Source: Dromaius novaehollandiae
Lineage: Eukaryota
Assembly (NCBI RefSeq): GCF_036370855.1
Contig: NC_088128.1
Location: forward strand, 356,899 to 420,898
Length of the DNA stretch: 64,000 nucleotides
Direction of reading: 5' to 3'
Shown: one piece after another, positions 10,833 to 22,640 of the stretch
Position numbering within the stretch: the first letter of the stretch is position 1
Layout of the letters: the number at the start of each line of letters is the position of its first letter
The notes under the pieces: generated by a model
Seen by the model: only the letters and a program-made list of their open reading frames with translations
Database searches by the model: none
Told to the model about the DNA's origin: nothing
Made by a program: the position numbers and the translations under genes

Positions 10833-10928
10833 CTGTGGCGCCAGGGCAAGGGCGACTTCTTCCTGGGCTGCCTGCTCATGGCGGAGCTCAGCACCCCCTT
10901 CGTCTGCCTCGGCAAGGTGCTCGTCCTG
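10833..10928 (+). CDS. TLCD3B: TLCD3-family coding exon 4: LWRQGKGDFFLGCLLMAELSTPFVCLGKVLVL
   Basis: Acceptor ccccag|CTG at 10831-10832. Donor CTG|gtgagc at 10929. Phase 0 to 0. Conserved 'GDFFxGC...AELSTPFVxLG' motif. Confidence 0.8.
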
Positions 10929-10929
10929 G

Positions 10930-11960
10930 TGAGCCGGACGCCGGGGCCCCTCGGGGGCGGGGCCGGGACGCCGGGGCCCCTCGGGGGGACGGGAGGGCCC
11001 CCGGACGCCTGGGTCCCTCGGGAGGACGTGGGTGGGGTGGGAGGAACCTGGGACGCCTGGGCCCCTCGGGAGGACGTAGGGGTGAATTGGGGCCCCCACC
11101 CACCCGGACACCTGGGCCCCCGGACGCCTGGGCCCCTCGGGAGGACGTAGGGGTGAATTGGGGTCCCCGGACGCCTGGGCCCTTCGGGAGGACGTAGGGG
11201 TGAACCAAGGCCCCCACCCACCCGGACACCTGGGCCCCTGGGTGCTTGGACACTTGGGCCCCCCACGCTGTTGGCCGCCCGGACGCCTGGGCCCCTGCAC
11301 ACTTGGGTCCCCGGACACCTGGGCCCCCGCTCTCTTGGCCACCCGGACACCTGGGCCCCTTGGGAGGCCATAGGGGTGAACCAGGGCCCCTGGACACCTG
11401 GGTGCCCGGACGCCTGGGCCCCTGCATGCTTGGGTCCCCGGACACCTGGGCCCCTTGGGAGGTCATAGGGGTGAACCAGGGCCCCCGGACGCCTGGGCGC
11501 CCGGACGCCTGGGTCCCCGGACACCTGGGCCCCTTGGGAGAACATACGGGTGAACCAGGGCCCCTGGAACCTTGGGTCCCCGGACGCCTGGGCCCCTGGG
11601 TGCTTGGACACTTGGGCCCTCTCTCTCTTGGCCACCTGCTCCCCCGGAACCTGGGGTGCCCGGACGCCTGGGCCCCCCGCGCCGTTGCCTGCCCGGACAC
11701 CTGGGCCCCTTGGGAGGCCAGAGGGGTGAATCAGGGCCCCCGGACACCTGGGCCCCCGGACACCTGGGCCCCTTGGGAGGTCATAGGGGTGAACCAGGGC
11801 CCCTGGAACCTTGGGTGCCCGGACACCTGGGCCCCTGGGTGCTTGGACACTTGGGCTCCCTCTCTCTTGGCCACCTGCTCCCCCGGAACCTGGGGTGCCC
11901 GGACGCCTGGGCCCCCCGCGCCGTTGCCCGCCCGGACGCCTGGGCCCTCCCCCCCTCCCC
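10930..11960. repeat. About 60-bp minisatellite (CCGGACGCCTGGGCCCCTCGGGAGGACGTAGGGGTGAATTGGGGCCCC) in TLCD3B intron 4
   Basis: Direct reading. It shares the 'cggacgcctgggccc' core with the 7900-8800 array. Confidence 0.9.
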
Positions 11961-11971
11961 GCCCCGGCTAA

Positions 11972-12256
<285 letters not shown>

Positions 12257-12289
12257 CGGCGGGGGGGGGCGGGGGGCACCCTTGGGTGC

Positions 12290-13300
12290 GGGGGGTGGTG
12301 TCCTGGGAGCATCCTTGGGTGGCCCCAAGATGGCGGTTGCGGCGTAGGAGCACCCTTGGGTGGCCTCAAGATGGTGGCCATCGCCTAGAAGCGCTTTTGG
12401 GTGCTTTCAGGGTGGTGGCCATCTTCTAGGAGCACCCTTGGGTGTTCTCAAGATGGTGGTTGTGTCCTAGGAGCTCTTTTGGATGTTCTCAAGATGGTGG
12501 CCATCTCCTGGGAGCACTCTTGGGTGTCCCCAAGATGGCGGCCATCTCCTAGGAGCGCTCTTGGGTGTCTTCAAGATGGCGACCATCTCCTACAAGCACT
12601 TTTGGATGTTCTCAAGATGGTGGTCATGTCCTGGGAGCACCCTTGGGTGGCCTCAAGGTGATGGCCATCGCCTAGAAGCACTTTTGGATGTTCTCAAGAT
12701 GGTGGCCATGTCCTAGGAGCACCTTTGGGTGCTTTCAGGGTGCTGGCCATCTTCTAGGAGCGCCCTTGGGTGTCCTCAAGATGGTGGTCATCTTCTGGGA
12801 GCACCCTTGGGTGTCCTCAAGATGGCGGTTGTGTCATAGGAGCACGCTTGGGTGTTCTCAAGATGGTGGCCATCACCTAGAAGCGCTTTTGGGTGTCCTC
12901 AAGATGGTGGTCATCTTCTGGGAGCACTCTTGGGTGTCCCCAAGATGGTGGTCATGTCTTAGGAGCACCCTTGGGTGTTCTCAAAATGGCGGTTGTGTCG
13001 TAGGAGCACCCTTGGGTGGCCTCAAGATGGTGGCCATCTCCTGGGAGCACCTTTGGGTATTCTCAAGATAGTGGTCATCTTCTGGGAGCACCCTTGGGTG
13101 TCCTCAAGATGGTGGCTATCTCTTAGAAGCACTTTTAGATGTTTTCAAGATGGTGGCCATGTCCTGGGAGCACCCTTGGGTGTTGGGGGGCGTGGTGGGT
13201 GTCTCTTGGGAGCACCCTTGGGTGTCCCCAAGGTGGTGGCCATCTCCTAGAAGCACTTTTGGATGTTCTCAAGATGGTGGCCATGTCCTAGGAGCGCCCT
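12290..13300. repeat. 41-bp minisatellite of about 24 copies, each carrying a YY1-like AAGATGG(C/T)GGCCATC motif, in the TLCD3B 3' UTR
   Basis: Unit 'ctaggagcacccttgggtgttctcaagatggtggccatctc'. Exact AAGATGGCGGCC at about 12530 and 12330. Confidence 0.85.
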
Positions 13301-13475
13301 TGGGTGTCACCAGCCCCCCCCGGGTGCCCCCAGCGTCCCCAGGACCGTAGCAGCACCCAGGGGTGCCCTCGGGGTGGGGCCCCGGGCCAGTAGCAGCCCC
13401 CCGGGGACGCCTGGGCCCCCTGGGGACGCCTGGGCCCCCCCCGGGGCGGCGCCGCGCAGCAGCAATAACCTCAGT

Positions 13476-13481
13476 ATTAAA
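13476..13481 (+). terminator. TLCD3B: Candidate poly(A) signal ATTAAA for TLCD3B (3' UTR about 1.2 kb)
   Basis: This is the only AATAAA or ATTAAA hexamer on the + strand between the TLCD3B stop (12256) and the convergent MVP 3' end. It sits in a short AT-containing island (cagtattaaaggagcc). Confidence 0.3.
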
Positions 13482-13539
13482 GGAGCCTTCGGGAGCCCCC
13501 GGCCCCGCCTCCTGCTTGGGGCCCAGGCGTCCGGGCCCC

Positions 13540-14170
13540 CGCGCCGCCCCCGCGACCCCCCCCACCCAGTGACATCACGGCCCAACCTGGTGACATCACG
13601 CCCCCGCCAGGTGACATCACACCCCTTGCGCCGCCCCTGATATTGCGCCCCAGCCCGATGACATCACACCCCCAGCCCAGTGACGTCACGCCCCGGCCTG
13701 GTGACATCACTCCCTCACTTTGTGACATTGCGGCCCAGCCCGGTGATGTCACGCCCCCTGCGCCACCCCCTGACATCATGGCCCAGCCCGGTGACATCAT
13801 CATTCCCCCCCCCAGCGCTGCCTTGTGACATCACAGCTCCTGCCCCCTCCAGCCCTATGACATCACAGCCCCTGACGCCCAGCTCTTGTGACCTCACAGG
13901 CCCCAACACCCCCAGGGCTATGACATCACAGCCCAGGCCCCCCCCCGCCAGCCCAATGACATCACACCCAAGCGTCCCCCCCCGCGACCTCATTGGTCCC
14001 TACGCTCCCCCAGCCATGACATCATACTCAAGAACCCCCCCCGCTGTGACCTCACAGGCCCCAACACCCCCCAAGGGGTTATGACGTCACAGCTGCCCGC
14101 ACCCCACCTTAATGACATCACAGCACCCCCATGACATCATCACCCCCCTGCTGACATCACCGCCATGACA
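13540..14170. repeat. About 33-bp minisatellite of about 19 copies built on CRE-like TGACATCA(C) / TGACGTCA motifs, between the convergent TLCD3B and MVP 3' ends
   Basis: gtgacatcac repeated. Canonical palindromic CRE gtgacgtcac at 13680 and 14083. Confidence 0.85.
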
Positions 14171-14191
14171 TCACTGCTGCTGAAAGCCGCC

Positions 14192-14197
14192 TTTATT
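14192..14197 (-). terminator. MVP: MVP poly(A) signal AATAAA (TTTATT on the + strand), about 77 nt after the stop
   Basis: The + strand reads gccgcctttattggcg, which is AATAAA on the minus strand. It is followed by a GT-rich stretch. Confidence 0.6.
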
Positions 14198-14273
14198 GGC
14201 GCGTGGAGTGCAGGGGGCGGAGCCCGAGGGTGGAGGGCGGAGCCCGGGGGTGGGGGGGGCGTGTCCCGGGCGC

Positions 14274-14405
14274 TCAGGGGGCGGGGCTGGGCGCAGGGGG
14301 CGGGGCCAGGCCCAGCAGCCCCCGGGCGGTGGCGAAGAGGTTGAGGGGGGCGGCGCCGTCGGTGATGAGCGTCGACTGCAGCCCCAGGCCCTGCAGCAGC
14401 TTCAC
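14274..14405 (-). CDS. MVP: Major vault protein, terminal coding exon (c16): [43 protein letters not shown]
   Basis: Read on the minus strand: acceptor gggcgcag|GTGAAG, stop TGA at complement(14274..14276). Matches the human MVP C-terminus '[33 protein letters not shown]'. Confidence 0.85.
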   Translation of the reverse strand: MKLLQGLGLQSTLITDGAAPLNLFATARGLLGLAPPPAPSPAP

Positions 14406-15068
14406 CTGCGCCCCCCCCGGGGCCACGCCCCCTCGTCAGGCCACGCCCCCGCCCCGCAGACCCCGCCCCCAAACCCAGGCCACGCCCCCACCCTGCAGGC
14501 CACGCCCCCACCCCACCCCAGCAGCTTCCCCCCTCCAGGAGGAGAGAATGAGCTGCCCCTGGCCCCGCCCCCTGCATAAGCCATGCCCCCCACAAAGCCA
14601 CGCCCACTCCTGGCCACACCCCCTGTGTGAGACCGCCCCCCTTTGAGCCCCGCCCACCCCCCCGGGAGGCCCCGCCCCCCTCATGGAGGTCCCGCCCCCC
14701 CGTGGGAGCCCGACTACCCCCTTGAGGCCCCGCCCACTGCCCCGGGGACCCCGCCCCTCCTCGAGGCCCCGCCCCCATGCGGCCCCGCCCACTCCCCACA
14801 AGGCCCCGCCCCCCAACCGGGAGGCCACCCGCCCCCTCGAGGCCCCGCCCACCCCGTTTTGGACCCCGCCCACTCCCATCAGAGCCCCGCCTTCCTCTAG
14901 ACCCCGCCCCCCACAGCGCCTGCCACAAGCCCCGCCCACCCCTCCCAGGCCACGCCCACCACCCCAGACGCCACGCCCCCGCAGCAGGGGTGGCCCCGCC
15001 CCCGGGAAGCCCCCCGCGCGGTTCCCGCCCCCAGGGGAAGCCCCGCCCCCCCCGGAGGCCCCGCCCAC

Positions 15069-15257
15069 CTGGAGCTCGGGCCCGGCGCGGGCGATGTCGC
15101 GGATGACGTCGGGGCCGAGGGCGGCGGCCACGTCGCGCACGCGCCCCCCCTCCACCTCGGCCAGCGCCTGCGCGTGCGCCGCCTCCGCCTCCGCCCGCGC
15201 CCGCTGCACGCGCAGCTCCTGCGCCTGCGCCCGCTCCCGCCGCGCCAGCTCCGCCTC
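15069..15257 (-). CDS. MVP: MVP coding exon c15: EAELARRERAQAQELRVQRARAEAEAAHAQALAEVEGGRVRDVAAALGPDVIRDIARAGPELQ
   Basis: Acceptor cccgcag|GAG. Donor CAG|gtgggc. Matches the human '...[35 protein letters not shown]' coiled-coil/cap region. Confidence 0.85.
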
Positions 15258-15289
15258 CTGCGGGGGGGCGCTGACGTCAGCCCCGCCCC

Positions 15290-16150
15290 GACTGCGCCTG
15301 CGCGCGCCCCCCCTTCCCCCACCACAGCCAGTGCGCATGCGCGTTCTCCTCCTCGGCCCCCCCCCCGCACTCCCGCCGCGGCTACCGCGCCTGCGCGCTC
15401 TCCTTCCACCCCCCCCCCACAAGGCTGCCGCGCCTGCGCTCTCTCCCCAACCCCCCCCCCCCGCCGCCGAGGCTACTGCGCCTGCGCGCTCCCTTTCTTC
15501 CCCCCCCCCGCGGCTACCGCGCCTGCGCGCTCTCCTTCCACCCCCCCCCACAAGGCTGCCGCGCCTGCGCTCTCTCCCCAACCCCCCCCCCCGCCGCCGA
15601 GGCTACTGCGCCTGCGCGCTCCCTTTCTTCCCCCCCCCCGCGGCTACCGCGCCTGCGCGCTCTCCTTCCACCCCCCCCACAAGGCTGCCGCGCCTGCGCT
15701 CTCTCCCCAACCCCCCCCCGCCGCGGCTACTGCGCCTGCGCGCTCCCTTTCTTTCCCCCCCCCCGCGGCTACCGCGCCTGCGCGCTCCCTTCTCCCCTCA
15801 CAACCCCCCCCGCGGCTACTGCGCATGCGCGCTCCCCTTCTCCCCCCTCCCGCCTCGGCTACTGTGCTTGTACGTCCCCCCCCCCCCGCCGCGGCTACTG
15901 CGCCTGCGCGCTCCCCTTCTCCCCCCCCCCCCCCCCCGGCCGCGGCTACCGCCCCTGCGCGCTCTCCCTTCGACTCCCCCCCCCCCCGCGCCGCGGCTAC
16001 CGCGCATGCGCGCTCCTCTTCCACCCCCCCCCCGGCTGGGTCTACTGCGCATGCGCGCTCCCCCTTCTCTCCCCTCCCCGCCGCGGCTACTGCGCATGCG
16101 CCCTCTTCCCCCCCCCCCCCCCGCGGCTACTGCGCCTGCGCCAGACATCC
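15290..16150. repeat. About 47-60-bp minisatellite in an MVP intron carrying NRF1-type GCGCATGCGC / GCGCCTGCGC palindromes
   Basis: 'cgcggctactgcgcatgcgcgctcc' at 15826, 16000, 16046 and 16093. ctgcgcctgcgcgctc variants throughout. Confidence 0.85.
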
Positions 16151-16209
16151 CGCCCTCAAGCCCCAGCCCCGCCCCCCGCGGCCCGGCCCCGCCACGCCCC
16201 GCCACGCAC

Positions 16210-16336
16210 CGCCTCGATGGCGGCGGCCTCGGCCTTGAGCTTGGCCTGCAAGATGGCGGCCTCGCCCTCGATGCGGGCGGCCTCGGCCCGCGCCTCCGCC
16301 TCAGCCCGCGCCGCCCCCGCGCTCTCCACCGCCGCG
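16210..16336 (-). CDS. MVP: MVP coding exon c14: (S)[42 protein letters not shown]
   Basis: Acceptor ccctgcag|C. Donor GCG|gtgcgt. Matches human '[45 protein letters not shown]'. Confidence 0.85.
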
Positions 16337-16699
16337 CTGCAGGGGGGGAAGGGGCGGGGTCACCGCGGGACACGCCCACCCCTGCCGCGCCCGGCCACGC
16401 CCACCTCGGGGGGGGCCCTCCCGCCCGCCAGGCCACGCCCCCCGTGCCAAGTCCCCTCTGCCCTGCCCTGGGGGGAAGCCACGCCCCCCGAGCTCCGGCC
16501 ACGCCCCCAGCCAAGTCACGCCCCCCCGGCGACAGATGTTCCCTGCCGGGCAAGCCACGCCCCCCCCGGGGCTCTGGCCACTCCCTCTGCCAAGCCACGC
16601 CCCCAGCGCTCTGGCCACGCCCCCTGCCATGCCCCCTGCCACGCCACGCCCTGACCACCTGCCTCCCCTCAGGCCACGCCCCCACGCCAAGCCACTCCC

Positions 16700-19600
16700 T
16701 CCCCCCCCCCGGCATCATGGAGGGCCCTGGGGCATGCTGGGAAGGTGGAGGACCCCCAGGATGAGCTGGGCCAGCGCAGGGGCCCCCCAGGAGAGTGGTT
16801 GCCCCGGGGCACTGTGGGATAGCAGAGGGCCCCAGGGCAGTGTGGGAAGGCAGAGGACCCCCCCCCCCCAGGATGGGCTGGGCCTGTGCAGGAGCCCCCT
16901 GGGAGGGCGGTTGCCCTGGGGCACTCTGGGCTAGCAGAGGGCCCCAGGGCATGCTGGGAAGGCGGAGGAGCCCCGGGGCATGCTGGGAAGGCGGAGGACA
17001 CCCAGGATGAGCTGGGCCAGTGCAGGGGCCCCCCAGGAGGGTGGTTGCCCCGGGGCACTGTGGGACAGTGGAGGGCCCCAGAGCACTGTGGGCTAGCGGA
17101 GGGCCCCAGGGCAGTGTGGGATGGCGGAGGGCCCCAGGGCATGCTGGGAAGGCAGAGGAACCCCAGGGCATGCTGGGAAGGCGGAGGACCCCTAGGATGA
17201 GCTGGGCCAGCACAGGGACCCCCGGGAGGGCGGTTGCCCCAGGGCACTGTGGGCTAGCGGAGGGCCCCAGGGCAGTGTGGGATGGCGGAGGGCCCTGGGG
17301 CATGCTGGGAAGGCAGAGGCGCCCCAGGGCATGCTGGGAAGGCGGAGGACCCCCAGGATGGGCCGGGCTCCCGCAGGGCCCCCCCAGGAGGGCAGTTGTC
17401 CCGGGGCACTGTGGGACAGTGGAGGGCCCCAGAGCACTGTGGGCTAGCGAAGGGCCCCGGGGCATGCTGGGAAGGCAGAGGGGCCCCAGGGCATGCTGGG
17501 AAGGCGGAGGACCCCTAGGATGAGCTGGGCCAGCGCAGGGGCCCCCCCGGGAGGGCGGTTGCCCCGGGGCACTCTGGGCTAGCGCAGGGCCCCAGGGCAG
17601 TGTGCGATGGCGGAGGGCCCCAGGGCATGCTGGGAAGGTGGAGGAGCCCCGGGGCATGCTGGGAAGGCGGAGGACCCCTAGGATAGGCTGGGATAGCCCA
17701 GGGGCCCCCCGGGAGGGCGGTTGCCCCGGGGCACTCTGGGCTAGCGGAAGGCCCCAGGGCACTGTGGGCTAGCAGAGGGCCCCAGGGCATGCTGGGAAGG
17801 CGGGGCAGCCCCGGGGCATGCTGGGAAGGCGGAGGACCCCTAGGATGAGCTGGGCCAGCGCAGGGGCCCCCCAGGAGGGCGGTTGCCCCGGGGCACTGTG
17901 GGACAGTGGAGGGCCCCAGGGCACTGTGGGCTAGCAGAGGGCCCCAGGGCATGCTGGGAAGGCGGGGCAGCCCCGGGGCATGCTGGGAAGGCTCACCTGA
18001 GGGCCTCGAGCTCCAGCAGGGTGCGTCGCGCCCGCTCGGCCTCGGCCTGGTCGAGGAGCCGCTGCCGCTCCAGGCGGCCCCGGGCCTCCTGCGCCCGCCG
18101 CTCCGCCTCCTGCCTGCGACCGGGGGGGGGGGACACGTGGGGACACGGGGGGGACACGGGGGACCCATGGGGACGTGGGCACCGGGACGCGTTGGGGGGG
18201 GCACGGGGATGAAGGGGGACATGGGGGGACGTGGGGTGCAGGGGGACACAGGGGAGAACAGGGACACAGGGACATGGGGGGGACATGGGGCAGGAGGGGA
18301 CATGCAGGGGGATGGGGACGGGGGGACACGGGGACATGGGGACAGACACAACGGGGGGACATGGGCATGAGAACAGGGACATGGAGGGATATGGGGGGAC
18401 ATGGGGCGCAGGGGGACACGGGGACAGGGACATGGGGACACGGTGGCACGTGGGGTGGGAAGGGACACGCAGGGGGATGGGGACATGGGGGGACACAGGG
18501 AGATACGGGGACGCAGGAGGACATGGGGTGCAAGGGGACACAGGGGGGACATGGATGCAGGGACACGTGGGCATGGGCACGGGGTCACGGGGGGGACACG
18601 ATGCGCGGGGGGACAGGGACATGGGACATGGGGACACGGGGCACGTGGGGACATGGGGGACACAGAGCATGGGGGCACCCGGGGGTCACAAGGGGGGACA
18701 TGAAGGCCACCCAAGGGACAGGAGGGGACATGTAAGGACAGGGGAACGCTGGGATATGGGTGACATGGAGGGTCTGATGGACTTGGGACCATGTGGGACG
18801 GACCCTGGTGGCCCATGGTGACATGGGGGTGACGTGTGAGGACACCAGGACGCTGGGATAGGGGTGGCACAGAGGGTCTGATGGACATGGGACCACGTGG
18901 GAGGGACCTGGTGGCCCATGGTGACATGGGGGCGACGTGAGGACACCAGGGCACTGGGATATGGGTGACACGGAGGGTCTGATGGACTTGGGACCATGTG
19001 GGAGGGACCCTGGTGACCCATGGTGACATGGAGGTGACATGTGAGGACACCAGGACGCTGGGATAGGGGTGGCACAGAGGGTCTGATGGACATGGGACCA
19101 CGTGGGAGGGACCTGGTGACCCATGGTGACATGGGGGCGACGTGAGGACACCAGGGCACTGGGATATGGGTGACACGGAGGGTCTGATGGACTTGGGACC
19201 ATGTGGGAGGGACCCTGGTGACCCATGGTGACATGGAGGTGACATGTGAGGACACCAGGATGCTGGGATAGGGGTGGCACAGAGGGTCTGATGGACATGG
19301 GACCACGTGGGAGGGACCTGGTGGCCCATGGTGACATGGGGGTGACGTGAGGACACCAGGGCACTGGGATATGGGTGACACGGAGGGTCTGATGGACTTG
19401 GGACCATGTGGGAGGGACCCTGGTGACCCATGGTGACATGGGGGTGACATGTGAGGACACCAGGACGCTGGGATAGGGGTGGCACAGAGGGTCTGATGGA
19501 GGTGGGACAACATGCGATGGACCCCGATGACCCATGGTGACATAGGGGTGACACGGGGGGGACACGAGGGCCACGGCAGGAGATGAGGGGACGCAGGAGG

Positions 19601-19870
19601 ACACGGGACCACCACGATATGGCCAAGGTGGTGGACACGGGAGAAGGTGGGACAACACGGGGGGTGACCCAGGGGACGCGTGGTGACACGTGGTGACCCA
19701 CGGTGACATGGGGGTGACACAGGGGACACAAGGGCCACCCAGGGGCCCTGGCAGGAGATAAGGGGACGCAGGAGGACATGGAACCACCACGATATGGCCA
19801 AGGTGGTGGACACGGGAGAAGGTGGGACAACACGGGGGGTGACCCGGGATGACCCGTGGGGACGCGTGGG
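16700..19870. repeat. Minisatellites in MVP introns: (GGCCCCAGGGCATGCTGGGAAGGCGGAGGA)n at 16700-17990, and (GGGGACACGGGGACATGG)n plus a 163-bp higher-order repeat at 18130-19870
   Basis: Direct reading of the sequence. Confidence 0.9.
17997..18113 (-). CDS. MVP: MVP coding exon c13: (R)[38 protein letters not shown]
   Basis: Acceptor ggtcgcag|G. Donor AG|gtgagc. Matches human '[38 protein letters not shown]'. Confidence 0.85.
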
Positions 19871-19880
19871 GACACGGGAC

Positions 19881-20092
19881 CTGGCGGCAGCCTCCTGGGA
19901 GTTGGTGGCGATCTCGATGGCCAGCTGGACGCTGCGCTGGAGGGCGTCGCGGGTGCGCTGGTCCACGGGCTCCACGCTCTGGATGTCCACGCTGGTCACC
20001 ACCAGCCCGTTGGGGGCGAAGCGGAGCCGCTCGCGCAGCCGCCCGCTCTCGTCGAAGCCGAACACGGCCGAGCAGATCACCCGGTTCGAGTT
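19881..20092 (-). CDS. MVP: MVP coding exon c12: [70 protein letters not shown]
   Basis: Acceptor gtccccag|AAC. Donor AG|gtcccg. Matches human 'NSARIIRTAVFGFE...[44 protein letters not shown]'. Confidence 0.9.
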
Positions 20093-20099
20093 CTGGGGA

Positions 20100-20650
20100 C
20101 AGCGGGGACATTATGGGACGTTGGGGACACGAGGCCTCGTCGAAGCTGAACATGGCCAAGCAGATCACCCGGTTTGAGTTCTGGGGACATCGGGAACGTC
20201 AGGGGACATTGGGGACGCAAGGCCTCATCAAAGCCAAACACAGATGAACAGATCATGGGGTTCGAGTTCTGGGGACTTCGGGGACATTGGGAACATCAGG
20301 TGACACTGGGGACACGAGGCCTCGTCAAAGCCAAACACAGACAAACAGATCACGGGGTTCAAGTTCTGGGGACACTGGGGACATGGAGCCCCATCAAGGC
20401 CAAACACGGCCGAGCAGATCACCCGGTTCAAGTTCTGGGGACACCAGGGACACTGGGGACATCAGGGACATTAGGGGACATTGGGGACACAGGGCGTCGT
20501 CAAGGCTGAACATGGCCGAGCAGATCACCCGGTTCAAGTTCTGGGGACGTTGGGGACATTGGGGACATCAGGGATGTGAGGGGACATCAGGGACATGGGG
20601 CCTCAACAAAGCCAAACACGGCTGAGCAGATGACGCCGTTCAAGTTCTAG
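20100..20650. repeat. About 90-105-bp tandem array immediately 5' (in gene orientation) of MVP exon c12. It contains 6 diverged copies of that exon's first 45 or so nt plus its AG acceptor.
   Basis: 'cagatcacccggttYRagttctggggac' at 20160, 20241, 20347, 20417, 20524 and 20620, versus the authentic exon start at 20073-20100. Confidence 0.85.
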
Positions 20651-22640
20651 GGACGTTGGGGACATCGGAGATGTCAGGGGCATTGGGGACATCGGGGACA
20701 TCAGGGATATTGGACGTGTTGGCACTGGGGACATTAGGAGACATTGGAGACACAGGGACATCAGGGGACACAAGGGCATTGGGGACAGCGGGAACACGGG
20801 GATGGTGGGGACACGGGGATGGTGGGGACACGGGGACATGCAGGAATGACATGGGCTGGCACAAGGTGTCATGGGGTGACGTGGGGACACATGGGGTGAC
20901 ACGGGGATGACATGCAGCGACACAGGCTGACGTGGATGAGACAGGGCGACACAGGGTGACACGGGGTGACCTGGGGTTGACACGAAGTCACATGGGGACA
21001 CACAACACAAGGTGACACAGGATGACATGGGATGACAGGGCATAGCCCCGGGTGACATGGGTTGACCTGGGGATGACATGGGACAATGGAATTGTACAGG
21101 GATGACACGGGGACACGAGAGGATGACACAGGATGACATGGGGATGACACAGAATGACCCAAGGTTAACATGAGATGACATGAGGACACCCAAAAATGAC
21201 ATGGGGTGACACAGGGTGACACGGGGTGACACGGGGTGACCCAAGGTTGACATGAGATAACACAAGGACCCAAAGGGACGACACCGGATGACATGCAGTG
21301 ACATGGGATGACCAGAGGATGACACGGGGTGACACAGGGTGACATGGGATGACATGCGGTGACATGGGGTGACCGGAGGATGGACATGAGATGACACAGG
21401 GTGACCCAAAGTTGACACAAGATGACACAGAGACCCAAAGGGATGACATGAGATGACATGCAGTGACATGGGGTGACTAGAGGATGACATGACGTGACAC
21501 AGGGTGACACTGGATGACCCAAGGTTGACATGAGATGACATGGGGACACATGGGGATGATGTGGGATGACACGCGGTGACATGGGATGACCGGAGGATGA
21601 CGTGGGGTGACACGGAAATGACACAGGACGATGTGTGGTGACACAGGGTGACTGGAGGATGACATGGGGTGATGGGGATGACATGAGGACACAGGCGGAT
21701 GACATGGGATGACGTGTAGTGACATGGGGTGACCAGAAGATGACATGGGGTGACATGGGGTGACATGGGGACACATGGGGATGACGCAAGATGACGTGCA
21801 GTGACAGGAAGTAACTGGAGGATGATGTGGGGTGACACGGGATGACCCAAGGCTGACATGAGATGACACAGGGACCCACAGGGATGACATGAGATGACAC
21901 GGGATGACACAGGATGACACAGATGACACAAGAATGACATGTGAATAGGTGAGGATGACACGGCATGACACAGGGTGACACATGATGACCCAAAGTTAAC
22001 ATGAGATGACATGGGGACACCGGGGGATGACGTGCAGTGACATGGGGTGACACGGGGATGACATGGTATGACATACAGTGACATGGGGTGACCAGAGGGG
22101 GACATAGGGTGACATGGGGACACATGGGGATGACATCAGATGACGTGTGGTGACACAGGGTGACCGGATGATGACATGGTGTGACATAGGGTGACATGGG
22201 GACACACAGGGATGACATGGGATGACGTATGGTGACCTGGGGTAACTGGACAATGACATGGGGTGACATGGGATGACCCAAGGTTGACATCAGATGACAC
22301 GGGGACACCCAGGGATGATAGGAGATGACGTGCGGTGACACGGGATGACCAGAAGATGACACGCGGTGACAGGGGGTGACACGGGGGCACACAGTGATGA
22401 CGTGGGATGACATACAGTGACATGGGGTGACCAGATGATGACCAGAGGGTGACACGGGGTGACACGGGGACACACGGGGATGACACGGGACGATGTACGG
22501 TGACCCGGGGTGACCCGGGGATGGCACGTAGTGACCTGGGAGGAGCTGGGATGGGCCGGGAGGACCTGGGGGGGGACCAGGATGCCGCAAGGTGACACGG
22601 CCGGGGGGAGGTGACAGGGGGGAGGGGACGGCGGTGGCAC

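Noticed and set aside
12290-13300. ORFs in the 41-bp array (MLSGWWPSSRSTLGCSQDGG...)
   Set aside because: These are periodic repeat translations within the TLCD3B 3' UTR.
20603-22590. 506-aa and 573-aa minus-strand ORFs rich in MSP/HV/TPC
   Set aside because: These are translations of the (GATGACATGGGGTGACACAGG)n array inside an MVP intron.
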